From Eledone cirrhosa (lineage: Eukaryota), in NCBI GenBank assembly GCA_964016885.1, contig OZ024744.1:37696001-37760000 (forward strand): 64,000 bases of DNA, given 5' to 3'. Within the stretch, counting starts at the first letter, position 1, and every line of letters begins with the position of its first letter. Made by a program: the position numbers and the translations under genes. This document shows positions 45,723-58,625 of the stretch, one piece after another. The notes under the pieces are model-generated. The model ran no database searches and was not told the origin of the DNA. It saw nothing but the letters and a program-made list of their open reading frames with translations.

Positions 45723-45839
45723 ATAGGAACAAGTAAGACCCCGACGGCTGAGCTCAAGCCGTTTCGACGGCTAATTCTGGACTGGAATTAGCCGTCGAAA
45801 CGGCTTGAGCTCAGCCGTCGGGGTCTTACTTGTTCCTAT
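45723..45839. repeat. Perfect hairpin with 55-bp arms and 7-nt loop, in the family 45643-45840 (collapsed copy at 12798-12875)
   Basis: 45723-45777 is the exact reverse complement of 45785-45839. Confidence 0.9.
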
Positions 45840-45874
45840 ATATATATATATATATACGTATATATATATAATAG

Positions 45875-46280
45875 TAATAATAATAAATGTGAAGACTAAA
45901 ATGCAAAGGGGGCTTGATAAGGATAAATATATATCAAATATATAAGAACCTTAGAGCAAATATTTATTAAAATAACAGATTAAAGTTTAAGCAAATAATC
46001 ACCGCTTTCACCCTTAACGGAATCTTCTGAACGCTCATAAATTTATGTGTGAGATATATATAAGAGATGAATGGACCTGTTATTTTTACCTAAAGACATT
46101 TTTTTCCAATTACCACCCGCTCGCCCAATCAATCTATCTTACTTCTCATTCATTCTTCTGATGAAGAACTAGCGACCGAAACGTTAAGACCCTCTTCCTG
46201 CTATATCGAGCGTTAAACTAATATATAACTTAAATATACTGTACTGATTGTGTTGTTATTTCTGTTTAACTTTTACATAT
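45875..46280 (+). mobile_element. pLTR-like non-coding repeat with minimal hammerhead at 46154-46189
   Basis: tctt-CTGATGA-agaactagcgacc-GAAACGTT-aaga; upstream part recurs at 10975-11220 (as an IR) and 18885-18935 (-). Confidence 0.7.
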
Positions 46281-46548
46281 ATATATATATAAAATTTAAT
46301 ATAGAAATGGCTTCTACGGGACAAGAACCGTTTCATTCGAAAGAAAAAAGAAAAAAATGAGGAAAGCTTTCTAGTACTGTAGAAGCCATTTCTATATTAA
46401 ATACTTATGTATTGAGTACCTTGCTTACTCTGGTTACCCGCGACTGAACCAGACAGACACATCCACAACCACACACACACATATGTGTGTATATATATAT
46501 ATATAGTAACACACAAGCATACACATACACACTCACACATACACACAC

Positions 46549-46580
<32 letters not shown>

Positions 46581-46628
46581 CGAGAGAGAACGAAAGAGAG
46601 AAAGAGAGAGAGGGATAGAGAGATAGAG

Positions 46629-46686
<58 letters not shown>

Positions 46687-46687
<1 letters not shown>

Positions 46688-49600
46688 AAAGGGGACAATA
46701 CAAAGACATATGCCGGGGATTTTACATACAGTCGTGTAAAAATATTGAAACAAACAATTACAACAATCGAAATCCCCAATAGGGGGGAGGCGCCATAAAT
46801 GGGTTGTTTAATACCCCGTCGATAGAACAACCCTCAAATTCAGGAGCGTGTTGTGCAAGATCTCCTTTCTTCAATTTGCTCTCTTCTTTAATCTACAGGC
46901 TTATAAACAGAGAAGGCCCAATCACTCGGGCCATTTTCGCTTCATTCACCCACCTTTCAGTAAATTTACTGGGGTGCAGTGCTTCTCTCTCCACCCTGAT
47001 TCTTCTTCTAAAGTGATACTTAAAGAAGGGAATCAATTGTTATCCGGAGAGAAAGGCATCTGTGCTCAGTCCCCTCAATCTCGTCCACCATATAACCTCT
47101 TTCACCATAGCCACTGTACAGAGGAAAACCGCCTCTCTTTCGTTTTTGAAAGAGTCTGGCGGTTTGATCTTTACTATGGACTCGGCAGTCAACTGGATTT
47201 GCCCCATACGCGACAACAGTTGTTCCGCGTAGTTCCACAGGTCGGTTACGTCCGGGCAGTGTACAATTGCGTGCAGGACGATTTCAATGTCCTGCTCGCA
47301 TCTTGGACACATCCTCTTGGAAGGATCCCTTCCGGGGCGTCCGTGCCTGTAGATCTTGTCACGAACTGGTAGAGCTCCTCGGTAGCACTGCCAGGCCAGG
47401 GACCTCTGGAAGTTTTCCATAGGTCCCGAGTGGAAAGTCCTACCAAACAGACTGGTGAGTTTGTCTTCTTCGACGCCTAGAGTCTCTTCGAGTACGTCGT
47501 CGCCCTTGTGACGTACTAACCCTCTATAGAATGTCGAAGTGGAGTCTCCACTGATTGCCTTGCCCGCTTGACAGAGGACTGTGAGCGCCTGAGCACATTC
47601 AATTTGCCAGGTGCCCATCTTCTTCGGTCTTCGCTTGACCCAGGACTGCAGCTCCGTCAGCGAGACAAGTTGCGGGAAGGCTTGTCTAACAAGCGGTGCC
47701 TACACCGGTTGGGAGTCGGTGAGGAATACCTTTAGATGCCGTAGATTGTGCATCATCAGCCACGGCATTCCCACCCCTCTGTTGGAAGGGTGCTGACAGC
47801 AGACGGATCTCCTCACCAGTGGAGCCGGCTTCTTCCCAAGGAACTGGAAGAACATGCGTTTCATCTTGGTGAGGTTTTCACGGGGACAAGGTACGACGGT
47901 CAAGCGGTAGAAGATGACGGACGCTATGAAAGTGTTCGCCACCTCCGCCCGATCTTTCAAGGATAGTTTGCACTCTGCCCATTTCTTGGTGATCGCAAAT
48001 ACTTTAGCCGTGATCTCGTCCCAGTTCTTTTCCACCTGGCGATCCGGACCGAACCAGACCCCGAGCAATTTCACCGGTCCGTCCATCCAGCGTCCGACGA
48101 CGCTGTCGGACGGCATCGGTTTGCCTCTCCAGGTTCCGAGTTGCAAACCGACAGACTTGTCCGGGTTTTGTTTTGCTCCTGTGTGCCTTTCATATTCCTG
48201 TTGTAAGTTGCCGATCGCCCCGATTTCGGAGTCTTCCGACAACATTACCGTCATGTCGTCGGCATAAGCCCACGCCGCTTTCCGCAGTCCCTGTTCCAAC
48301 GGAATGCCCTGCAAGAGCTCCAGCTTCTGCAGTAGTGGCTCGACAGTCAGTACGTAAGTGGCTCTAGAGTCTGTACGTACAGAACGGAGGAGAGAGGGCA
48401 CCCCCGTCGGATAGAACGCGTGATTGCGAACGGCTCCGATAGCTAGCCGTTCACCTTGACCATCGAGCAGATGTTGGTGTGCATTGCGGCGATCCAGCCT
48501 CTGAAATCGGGTCCGAAACCGACCGCCTTGAGAACCGCCTCCAAGTATCGATGGTCAACCCTATCGAACGTCTTAGACTGATCTAAATTGATCAGAGCCC
48601 CACCAAAGCCGGGTTTACACCCCACCCTCTCTATGATTTATCGTATGAGGTGGAGGTTGTCGTGTATGGACCTAATCGGGATTGCACATGTTTGCGCTTT
48701 CTCTACCAGGTTCTCGATGACAAGCGCCAAGCTCGTTGCCAACACCTTGGCCAAAATCTTTAACTGTGTTGAGCAGAGTTATGGGCCTGAAGTTGCTTAG
48801 TTCGTCCCCCTTGATCTTGTCTTTCCTGATCAGCGTTACTACGCCCCCGCCTGCAGAACTGGGAATTCTCCCGTTCTGCTCCAGTTGCAGTAGTCGGCCT
48901 CGAGGACGCCAGAGAACAAGTCCGGCATGCCTATGTAAAACTCATAAAGTAGACCATCTAGACCGGATGATTTGCGTTTCCCTCAATGGCCCAGAGCGCC
49001 CGTATCTCAGTGGCTGTGATCGGTCTTTCGTAGAACTCGGCGTCCATGCTCGAGAGACGCGGCAGGCCGTCGAGGTAGGAACAGAAGTCCATTGCCCCGT
49101 TCGACGCACCGCCACTCTACCCGAACAGTTGCGTAAAGTGCCGCTGAAAAGCCGCGCACATCCGCTTGGGGTCACCTAGCCCGCGTCCGTTTGAGTCTTT
49201 CAAAGACCGAATCGTGGACTTGTTGCCACTTTTCGCCTCTGCCACTCGGGCCCAACTAACAGCTTTCGCTCCCTCGTTTCCTAGAGCACGTGATTTACTT
49301 CTGACTACGCAGCCTTCGTGTTTCGCGTCGAATAACTGGTCCAGTGCCGTTCTCGTTGCTAGCACTCTAGCTGCGTTGCCACTCCTAAGCGCCTCCTCTA
49401 TCTTGGCTACTAGTTCGGTTTCTGTTTTGTTTCTCTCTAAGGCTAACTCTCTGCTAAAGTCTATCGACTCTACTCTAATTGCTTTCTTGAGGGAGTACCA
49501 CCATCAATTGTTGACGATGGCTCCCGTCAATTGTTGCTTAACTAATCTACTTATCCGTTTACTGTAGGCTTTACGTGTCAGTAGCCACACGTTCAGCTTC

Positions 49601-52480
49601 CAGTATCCGGTTCCTTGTCTATGTGTTCTATCACGGTTGACTATGCAGATGACTAGTTTGTGGTCTGAATAGGCAATTATGTGCATTTGTGGACAGCTTA
49701 ACATCTTCCTGTCCTTCTCTCTAATGAAAATACCTATCTAAATACGATCTATATGTCCCGCTGCGGTTACCCACGTCAACTGTGGTGCAGTCGGGAAATC
49801 TAGTCGATATCTATCGGCCAGTTGGAATTGGCCGATTAGATTTCTGTGTCTGTTGCACCCCCCTCTACTGGGACATGCTCCCACATATTCCCATCGTGTA
49901 ACTAGGATACCATTCCAGTCCCCCACTAAAAGTAAGGAGCGAGATGTTCCCAGAAAAGACTCTAGACGCTTAAAGAGGTCTGGCCGTGATTGCGATTGCC
50001 CGGTCGGGCAATAAACGGCCACCAGTCTGAAGGCTCTACCTCCAATACTGTTCACGTGTAGGACTACGAGTCTACCCTCCGGGTCCAAGTGTACTTGCTG
50101 TACTTCGACGTCCAGGTTTTTCCGAAACATGACAGCCACTCCCCCTCCACCTCCTGGGTGACAGAGAGATGGGTAGATCTCAAAGTCATTGAAGATGGGA
50201 GTTAGTTGATGCCTGTTGTGGATCCTGGACTCGGTGATGGCTATCACATCCATACCTTGTGACCTAAGGTCCTTTAAAAGTTGGCCCTGTTTCCAGGGTA
50301 TCCATAGGCCACGCACATTCACGCTTCCAACTCGTAAACTAGCCATGTTGGTGGAGAAGAGTTGGCAAAAAAGGATGAAAAGGTGCACTTACCTTTTCGT
50401 TTCCTGGAGATCGGGTTGTTGGAGGGGGTGTTTGGTGGGGTGGGGAAACATTGTAACAGGACGCGGTTTGTGGGTTTATGGCAGGGGTTGCCCACGTCCT
50501 GCGAAAATTTATTTTTCAGATCACTATAGGTCTCCATAGAAACCCTTATAAGTTTAAGGTGTGGAGACGATTCTGCTTTAACGAAAGTTTTGCCCTCCGT
50601 CTCCACCTTGGGGTTTTGGGAGATGACCTCCATCAAACTCTTGTTGTTTGTGTTCATGTATGCGTATTGTTGTTTGTGTTTTTGTTGTGTTGCTATTGTT
50701 TGTTGTTCGTTCGGGAATTTTCTTTTTATGGTGGGTGCTTGCATTTGGGGTGGTGTTGGTGTTGGTTTTGCTGGTAGGGGGATGTTGGACTGTGGTGTTG
50801 TTTGTGTTGTTGTTTGTGGTTGTGTGATTGGACTTTTGGGGATTTTGTGGTGTCTCTTTTTTGTTTTTTGGACTTCCGAGGCTCTCCTTCTTCTTCACTT
50901 AAAGAAGGAGAAGCCTCCTGATCTGTTAATGAATAATCATCGTCAGGAGTGTGGGGTAGAGGTATGTTGTGTGGTGGTAGTGTTTCGGTGTGTGTGTTTA
51001 TGGTATTCTTTGATGGATCGGGATGGGGTGGGGCTGTGTTCTTTAGGGGTGTTGTCTGTGTTTTTTCTGTTGTTGTTGTTGGTTGAGTGGCTGTTTGTTT
51101 TGGTGCGTTTGCTTTGTTCGTGTGTTGTTGTTGTTGTGGTGGTGGTTGTTTTGGTGTTGGTAACAGTGTTTTCTTTTGTATTGTTTTGGTTGAGTGTGTT
51201 TGTAAAGGGCAGGAGGCCTTAAGGTGTGTGGTGCTATTGCAACGAAAGCAATGTACTTTTCATTCTTCAACCGAAATTCTTATGTGGCTGTTTTTGTCCA
51301 CCAGAACATTTTCTGGTATTTTGGAGATTCTTTCCGGGCTTATTTGCACCAGAATCTCCAAATTTGTACCAGACAACGTATGTCTGGTGGACTTTTTGAT
51401 GGAGAGAATGGTGTCTTTACTCTCCTCTACAAATCCTGCCAATATCCACCAAATATTAATATTTGGTGGTATCTTTGTAATTCTGATTTTTTGTGTCCTT
51501 TTTCCCAGGTATGTAGGGAAAAAGGTGTATTTTTGTGACAGTATTGGCGTCACTGAGTATCTGTGTGCAAGGGCCTCGCTTTTGAGGAGTACCGAAATAC
51601 TCCCGGACTGTTTGGCCCTCTGCATAAAGTCAATGTTTGGCAATATCTCCTTCAATGTTGCCTCAATTTCCCCTTGACTGAGGAATACTGTTCGTTTTGT
51701 TTCATTTGAAGCAGTTCTGAAGGTAATTGTCCTTCGAAATGTTTCCAGACGAATTTATGGGGTTGAGTTTATTTGAAATCCACCGTTTTCATCGAAAGTG
51801 ATAAACTCCTTTGCTTCAGAGAGCATCTGTTTCGCATTGGAGATATCGAGGTCTGTGAACTCTTGTTTTTTGGTGTTGTTGTTATTGCTGTTGTTGTGGT
51901 TGTCGGTTTTTCCGTTTGTAGTTGTGTCAATGGTTTTATTATCTGTTGTTTGTTCTGTTCTTTTTGGCGACTGTTGTACACTGTGTGGTTCGATCTTGTT
52001 TTTATTTTTGTTGTCCATATTGGTTTCCATGGTGACGCCAATACATGCGGAGTTAGAGGTAACGTTATTATTAGACTGTTTCTGTAAAAGTTATTTTTTG
52101 GTGTTGTTGTTATTGTTGTTGTGGTTGTCGATTTTTCCGTTTGTAGTTGTGTCTATTGTTTCATTTTTTGTGGTTTTTTATGTCTGTTGTAAGCTGTGTG
52201 GTCCATCTTGTAGGTTGCATTTTTCGGTTTCTTGGCAAAACAAAACTTTATTGTCACTATTTGTTTCCATAGTGACGTCTATGTAGTCAGAAGTTGCTGT
52301 AACGCTACTCTCTGCATTTCTCTCTCTACTTCCTTCGTCAGCGTTCAGTAGCGTTGTTTCTACTAAGCTAGCCATTATCGATAGCAAAAAAATTAAATTT
52401 TTGAAAACTTTTCAAATCAAATTTCCGCCCCTGTGGGGCGAAAACTTATATTACCGCCCAGCTGACAATTCAGCCTCGGT
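46687..52480 (-). mobile_element. L1/Tx1-clade LINE, near full-length, degenerate (ORF1 ~52375-50350; ORF2 APE-RT-zinc finger ~50346-46980)
   Basis: SVNVRGL, ITES, AVYCP, GDWN, SDHKLV, GYWKLN, LDQSKTFDRVDH, YADD, KLLGVWF, CPRC..H-x4-C; 3' end abuts (TC)n. Confidence 0.9.
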
Positions 52481-52577
52481 GTTAATCTATCAAACAATAT
52501 AAGTTTTCACACAATAAATTCTGTTTTTGTATAGAAAATTTTACAAAACTTACTGACAATCTACCGCACCTCCGGTC

Positions 52578-52676
<99 letters not shown>

Positions 52677-52820
52677 GGATAGATAGATATGTTTCTTTAT
52701 TAGCCATAGGGGCAAGATAGATAGATAGCCAGATAGATAGATATATAGATAGATGGATAATATATAGATCGATATAGGTAGCCAAATAGATAGATTGATA
52801 GATACATAGATAGATAGATA
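52578..52820. repeat. (GATA)n microsatellite
   Basis: Visible directly. Confidence 0.95.
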
Positions 52821-53539
52821 AATATAAAGCAAGGCCTAAGGAAAAGCCAAGAATGAAGGAAAAGGAAAGGAAAAAAAACAGACAAAGAAATTCGGCAAAG
52901 AAGAAAGGAGTGGAAGTGGCGGGTGGGTAGAGAGTAGAGGGATAGGAGGATGGGGAAGGAGCATTGTGCTTGGAATAAGTGATGTCGAACTCGTCAGTGT
53001 AATAATAATATTCCGAATTGTTTTGTTGCGAAGCTAATTCAAAGGACGTGAAATGCGATAAATACGAATGTTTTGATTGGGGAAAGTAATTACAGCGTTT
53101 GTACCGTGAATTAAAGAATATTTCTGGTAACGGTTAGGAACAAAATAACTGGTATGAAATCGATTTCTCTTTTATTTTTATTTTTATTTTTATTTTTATT
53201 ATTTTTTTTTTTATTATTATTATTATTTTTTTTTTATTTATTTATTTATTTATTTATTTATTATTATTTTTTTTTTTATGTTTCTTCGTTTTTTATATAT
53301 ATATATTTTTTTAATTTATATATTTTATTGTTTTGGCAACGGAACCAACAGAAATATGATGTGATAACGAATTTATTTGTGTAAAACAAAAAGGAAAAGG
53401 AAAACAAAATATAAATATAAAATAATAAAAGAGAAATATAGAAAGAAAATGGTTCCAAATTTGAAATGGCATCAACAGCTAGTGAGTTTATTAGCAGCTG
53501 CAGCAAGCGTTCATATTCATAAATTATTGTTGGTTGTTT

Positions 53540-54145
53540 TTCTTTGTGGTGTGTGGTGTACTGTGCTGTGTGTTGTGTGTGTGTTGGTCTTTTTATTGTT
53601 GATGCTGAATATGGTGGTGGTGGTAGTGGTGGTGATGGTGGTGGTGGTGGTGGTGGTGGCTGTGGTGGTGATAGTGGTGGCTGTGGTGGTGGTAGTGTTT
53701 GTAGTTGTAGTGGTGGTGCTGGTTGTGCTGGTGCTGGTTGTGGTTGTGGTGGTTGTGGTGGTGGTGTTGGTGGTGTTTATGGTGGTTGTGGTGATTGTGG
53801 TAGCTGTGGTGTTAGTGGTGGTGGTGTTGTTGTTGGTGGTGGTGGTGGCGGTGGTGGTGGTTGTTGTTGTGGTGATGGTGGTGGCTGTGGTGGTGGTTGT
53901 GGTGGTGGTAGTGTTTGTAGTTGTAGTGATGGTGCTGGTTGTGGTTGTCGTGGTTGTGGTGGTTGTGGTGGTGGTGTTGGTGGTGATTGTGGTGGTTGTG
54001 GTGATTGTGGTAGCTGTGGTGTTAGTGGTGGTGGTGTTGTTGTTGTTGTTGTTGAGGGTGGTGGTGGTGGTGGTGGCGGTGGTGGTTGTGGTGGTGCTGG
54101 TGGTTGTGCTGGTTGTGCTGGTTGTGCTGGTGTTGGTGGTTGCGT
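53540..54145. repeat. Degenerate (GTG/GTT)n trinucleotide array with an internal ~190-bp duplication
   Basis: Visible directly. Confidence 0.9.
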
Positions 54146-54446
54146 ACCGGGGTTTTGTTGTTCTTATTTTTGGAGGTTTGTGAGTGTGTGCATATGTATG
54201 TGTGAGTGCGTATGTGTATGTTTGAGTTTATGTGTTTGAAACAACATTATTCAGAACAATTTAAACAATAGTGAACTAGAAAAAAATATTTTGTTCATTC
54301 TCACAAAAGATATATACACATGTGTGTGTGTGTGTGTGTTTGTGTGTGTGTGTTTGTGTGTGTGTGTTTGTGTAGTGTATGTTTGTTTGTGTGTGTGTGT
54401 ACGCAAGCGTGCATATGTAAAGAAGTATGAATATATGTGTATATTA

Positions 54447-55200
54447 TTCTTCTTCTTCCTGAGAGGGTCGTGGGGGAAGACTCCTGAAACACTCCTTCCA
54501 GAGGGTCCTGTCAGAAGCAACCGTCTCTGGCTGGATCCCCAAGCGAGACCAGCCAAGCTCATGGATGTTATCCAACCATCTTTCTCGCGGTCTACCACTG
54601 GGTCTCCTGACGGCTGGTTTTGCCTCTAAAATTTCGCCAGCGATTCTTTACTGAGATATTCTAACCATATGTCCGTAATATCGGAGCTGTGATCCCGGAA
54701 ATATTGTCTCTACCTGGAGTGACTCTCTGATCTCCAAGCTACACACTTTATCGAGTAACGTTACTCCAAAGAACCTTCGGAGGAGCCCCATTTCGACCGC
54801 TAGTATTCATGATCGTATTCTTTCAGTCATTACACAAGACTCATGACCATGAATTTTTGCACTTATTCACCCTCTTGTCTTCCATCACTGCGTGAACCCG
54901 GTCACAGATACTTGAAAATGTCCACTTTCTTCAATGGAATTCCACTCACATTTAGTGTATACTGTACAGGCTTCCTTGAAAGGACGCGTGTCTCAAACTT
55001 CATAGCAATTATTTTCATTCCTGTCGTAGAGCAGTCGACTGCAAACTTAGCAAATCTCTGCCATAGATCAACTGCTGACGTGCTAAGTAATACCATTTCG
55101 CCTATAAATTCCAGCTGACTGATACTACACCCGCCAGTCTCAGTAGGAAAGGTCACAGTACGCACCCTTGACGGAGTCCGAAACGACATTGAATAGTTTC
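54447..55200 (-). pseudogene. RTE-clade LINE 3' fragment with (GAA)n tail
   Basis: GLRQGCVL (~55165-55185), LKKVDIFKYL, LLRRFFGVTLLDKV, terminal LPPRP. Confidence 0.75.
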
Positions 55201-55249
55201 GACTGTGTGTATTTTATATATTATATATATATATATAAACACAATTAGA

Positions 55250-55865
55250 ATTCGGTTTATGTATCCGCCAAAAACTAAATGCAAATACGGCTCATCAGCT
55301 GATGTATATTTTAGAAAATACTATATATTCTCAAGAGTTCTAGTGAGTGACAAAATCTTGACAAAGGGCAATAACCTAGAAGCAAAGCTATCGATTGTTT
55401 AGATTCTAAACTCAAGGGTCCCATTGAAATGAGGTCAAAGTTAAAGTAAGTTGATTTATCCGAAAACTTGGATATGCTATTTTTACAAAGCAAACTAACA
55501 ATGTTTTATTTGTAGTTGCAGTCTGACTGGACTGGAAACCATCTACTACAATTCACTTACTCATTTGTTGCATATATTTTACCATTTACTAATAAATATA
55601 CCCTCCCGCGTGGTCAGCAAAACCCTCTTCCGTGGTCTCTAATCTCACAAAGCAGAGGGGACATCAAGTTAGATATTTATTATGTCCGTTTCATTAAAGG
55701 GAAAATTGGAAAGCTTTGAAATGATATAATTGCCACTTTCTTCCAGATAAGAGCACTCTTGGGATAGACAGTGTTGCTCTTGTATAAAAATGTTCAAAAT
55801 AGCTGGTATCGTCTGGTGGGAATATAACAAATTCAACTGGTCCTTATTCATAAAAAAGCACATTT
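55250..55865 (-). pseudogene. Highly degenerate PLE N-terminal/RT relic
   Basis: ..YSHQTIP.., WQLYHF and FDLISMG resemble SLKDIP, WRAFHF and DITMG of the intact ORF. Confidence 0.4.
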
Positions 55866-56182
55866 ATGTTCCTTTTTTTTGAAATTTATATATTTCCTTT
55901 CAATGAATGTATTTATACTCTCAGCTGCCTGCAATGGTATCTTTGGAATATTGTTAATCAAGTTTTTAGTAATCTACTAATATAAAAATCAGTAGTATAT
56001 TGAAAATTGGAAAAATAGGGTAGGGCGCGTTTCGTGATTTCGAGGGACAAAAAGGGGCGTTTGGCCTAAATGGGTCGAGAACCTATGGTTTAGAACAAAA
56101 TGATGATGATAGTCGTCTAAAACACATAGTGTTTTGTGAGGCAGTTTGCTTGCAAACGAATCGAATATTATTATTATTAGAT

Positions 56183-56277
<95 letters not shown>

Positions 56278-56779
56278 GCATGTATGCATGTATGATTCCT
56301 GGTTAAAGGGAATGGTATGATGGAGAAGCGGAGATGTGAATATTTCAATATGGAGTTTTCTGCTATTATGAACCATAGTTTTATTTAATTAGTGATTCCT
56401 ACTCTTCCTCATCTCTATCATCTTTATACACAAAAACATTTTAGATTGTTTTCATTTAAAAGGTTTTACGATATGAGGCTCATTTCAGCTATACATAAAT
56501 GCATTTTTTATTCCGGTCCTTTGGGTATTGTGTCTCATAGATCTTCCATTTAATGATCTTTCAAATGCCAAATTATAATCTACAATTCCGTTACATTCCT
56601 CATTTCAGTGCGTATGTCCCACTCCATTGCTATTTGTAGAATGTTGCCCCTAATCCCCAATGCCAAATGTTGATGCATTAGTCCCATTCAATCCACACCG
56701 AAATATTGTTGTGCATGCCACGAAAGTTATATGTTTCTCAATGTTTTTTTGGGGGGTTAACATAATCAGATTCTTTCAT

Positions 56780-57500
56780 TGTAAACATCTAATAGTATGA
56801 CAAGACATCGATATTCGATCTTGGATTATATATCATGGAGACCTTATATTAACAACATTCATTGGCCCCTCCCCACACACACACTAGACATTCGCTTATA
56901 TAGAAATGATGTGTTAGCTGTACTCAAATACGCCAACGAATATGTTTCAGATATATTAAAACAGTTTGGAGGAATATTCTTATAAAAACACTTAATTTAA
57001 CTACAAATCTATTAAAAAGAAGTTTAGCAAACCCATACAAAACAGATTCCTGTTTTATAAGCATTGTTTTTAAAGTCTAATTAATATTATGAGTAGAAAA
57101 CTATCTCATGTTTCTATCAATAAGGATTTCTTTGATAACACATCAAAAGAACTCGAAGCTAATGTATGAAAAAAAAAGACAATACAATATTACATATACC
57201 TCTAATCTCCAGCCTTCCTAATCTAAGAGACGTCATATCATTTGGTTCGCATCTTCTTTTTTCGTAAACCATTATATCAAGTATTGCTAAGAGCTTCCTA
57301 AAATTAATCAATATACATATATGTATCTATTAATTATACATAGAGAAATTTATCTATTACAAAGAAATTTAGTTACAGTTGCACCGCTAATGTGATAAAT
57401 CTAATAACGTATTTAGAAATTTAGTTACAGTTGCACCGCTAATGTGATAAATCTAATAATGTAGAAATCTTCTAAATAACCATAAGTTAACTTACATGAA
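56780..57500 (+). pseudogene. Degenerate PLE RT/linker relic
   Basis: LYRND, RRHIIWF, KFSYSCTAN (the last duplicated at 57365 and 57417). Confidence 0.55.
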
Positions 57501-57839
57501 TAATTAGTAATGCGTTCTCACTTAATCAGTTATGTAATGCTGAAGCGATCATAGATGACACAGAAGTCATCTTTACTAAACGAAACTTTGGCACTGCGTG
57601 AATTCTATATAAGCAGAGAGGAAGTTGAGTGTAAATAAAAATATTTCTATCATATTTCAAGAGTAAAATATAGAACAGTGGAACGCAACGATATTTGTGA
57701 ATTCCATTTTGAAATTTAAAGAATATGCAGCGTGTCACATCATCAAATAGAACATGCAGTCCCATATAAAACCTGAAATATAATATATCATTTATTTCCA
57801 ACTGAGAAGACACGCAGTTCTTTTTTCAGCTTAATGATA

Positions 57840-58625
57840 CCACTTGCAACCCGGCCGCGCATGTCAATCCTGTTCATGTAAATAATGGTTTCTTATAAAG
57901 GCCAGCAATTTTGGGGGAGGGGAAAGTCGATTAAATCGACCCCAGTGCATTACTGGTACTTCATTTTATCGACACAGTAAGGATGAAAGGCAAAGTTAAC
58001 CACGATGGGATTTGAACTCAGATCATAAAAAGCCTTATCTCTATGCTACGAAGCATGGCATCCGACCCTCTACCGATACTGCCAATCCACCGTCCTTGTT
58101 CATGTAAATAATGAACAGGAGAGGTGACAGTTTGCACACTTGCTGGAGTCCAATTCCTAAATTGAATGGTTTCGATTTAGCAACATTTAACCGATTACAA
58201 ATACTTCAGCATTCGTATAGTGACATGAGGGCAGCAAGAATTTGACCATCGATCCCACACTCCTGCACAGCCTTTCAAATTATGTCCCGAGGAACGCGGT
58301 CTTATGCCTTTTCAAGGTCGACAAAACGAAAATATAGTTATTGGCAATATTCCCAAGATTTCTCGAATACTGGTGGTAGTGTGAATATTTGGTCGGCTGT
58401 ACTTTATTCGTGGCTAAAGCCACACAGTTCATCAGTTAGTTTGGTTGAAGTGTCAATATTTGGTCGGCTGTACTGTGTCCGTGTCTAAAGCCACACTGTT
58501 GATTAGCTAATTTGGATTCGACAATCTCTCAGCATCTCTTTGCCTGACACTTAGCATAGACTTTAGCGGTGATAATAACAGAGATATCTCTCTGTAATTG
58601 GAATAATCTCTCTTGTCCCCTTTAA
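57840..58625 (-). pseudogene. RTE-type RT fragment (domains 1-4), interrupted by the SINE
   Basis: KGDKRDYSNYREISLL, FVDLEKA*DRVPR, GLQQVCKLSPLLFIIYM. Confidence 0.8.
57888..58096 (-). mobile_element. Full-length tRNA-SINE with a 17-bp target-site duplication, inserted in an RTE RT
   Basis: A and B boxes and Meta core on the minus strand; TSD tgttcatgtaaataatg at 57871-57887 and 58097-58113. Confidence 0.9.

Noticed and set aside
50478-52286. Plus-strand membrane-protein-like ORFs
   Set aside because: Antisense shadows of the A/C-rich Tx1 ORF1
53377-54239. Gly/Cys-rich or poly-Val ORFs (keratin-associated-like; Thr-rich on the minus strand)
   Set aside because: Degenerate GTG/GTT trinucleotide array open in several frames, with no splice or domain evidence
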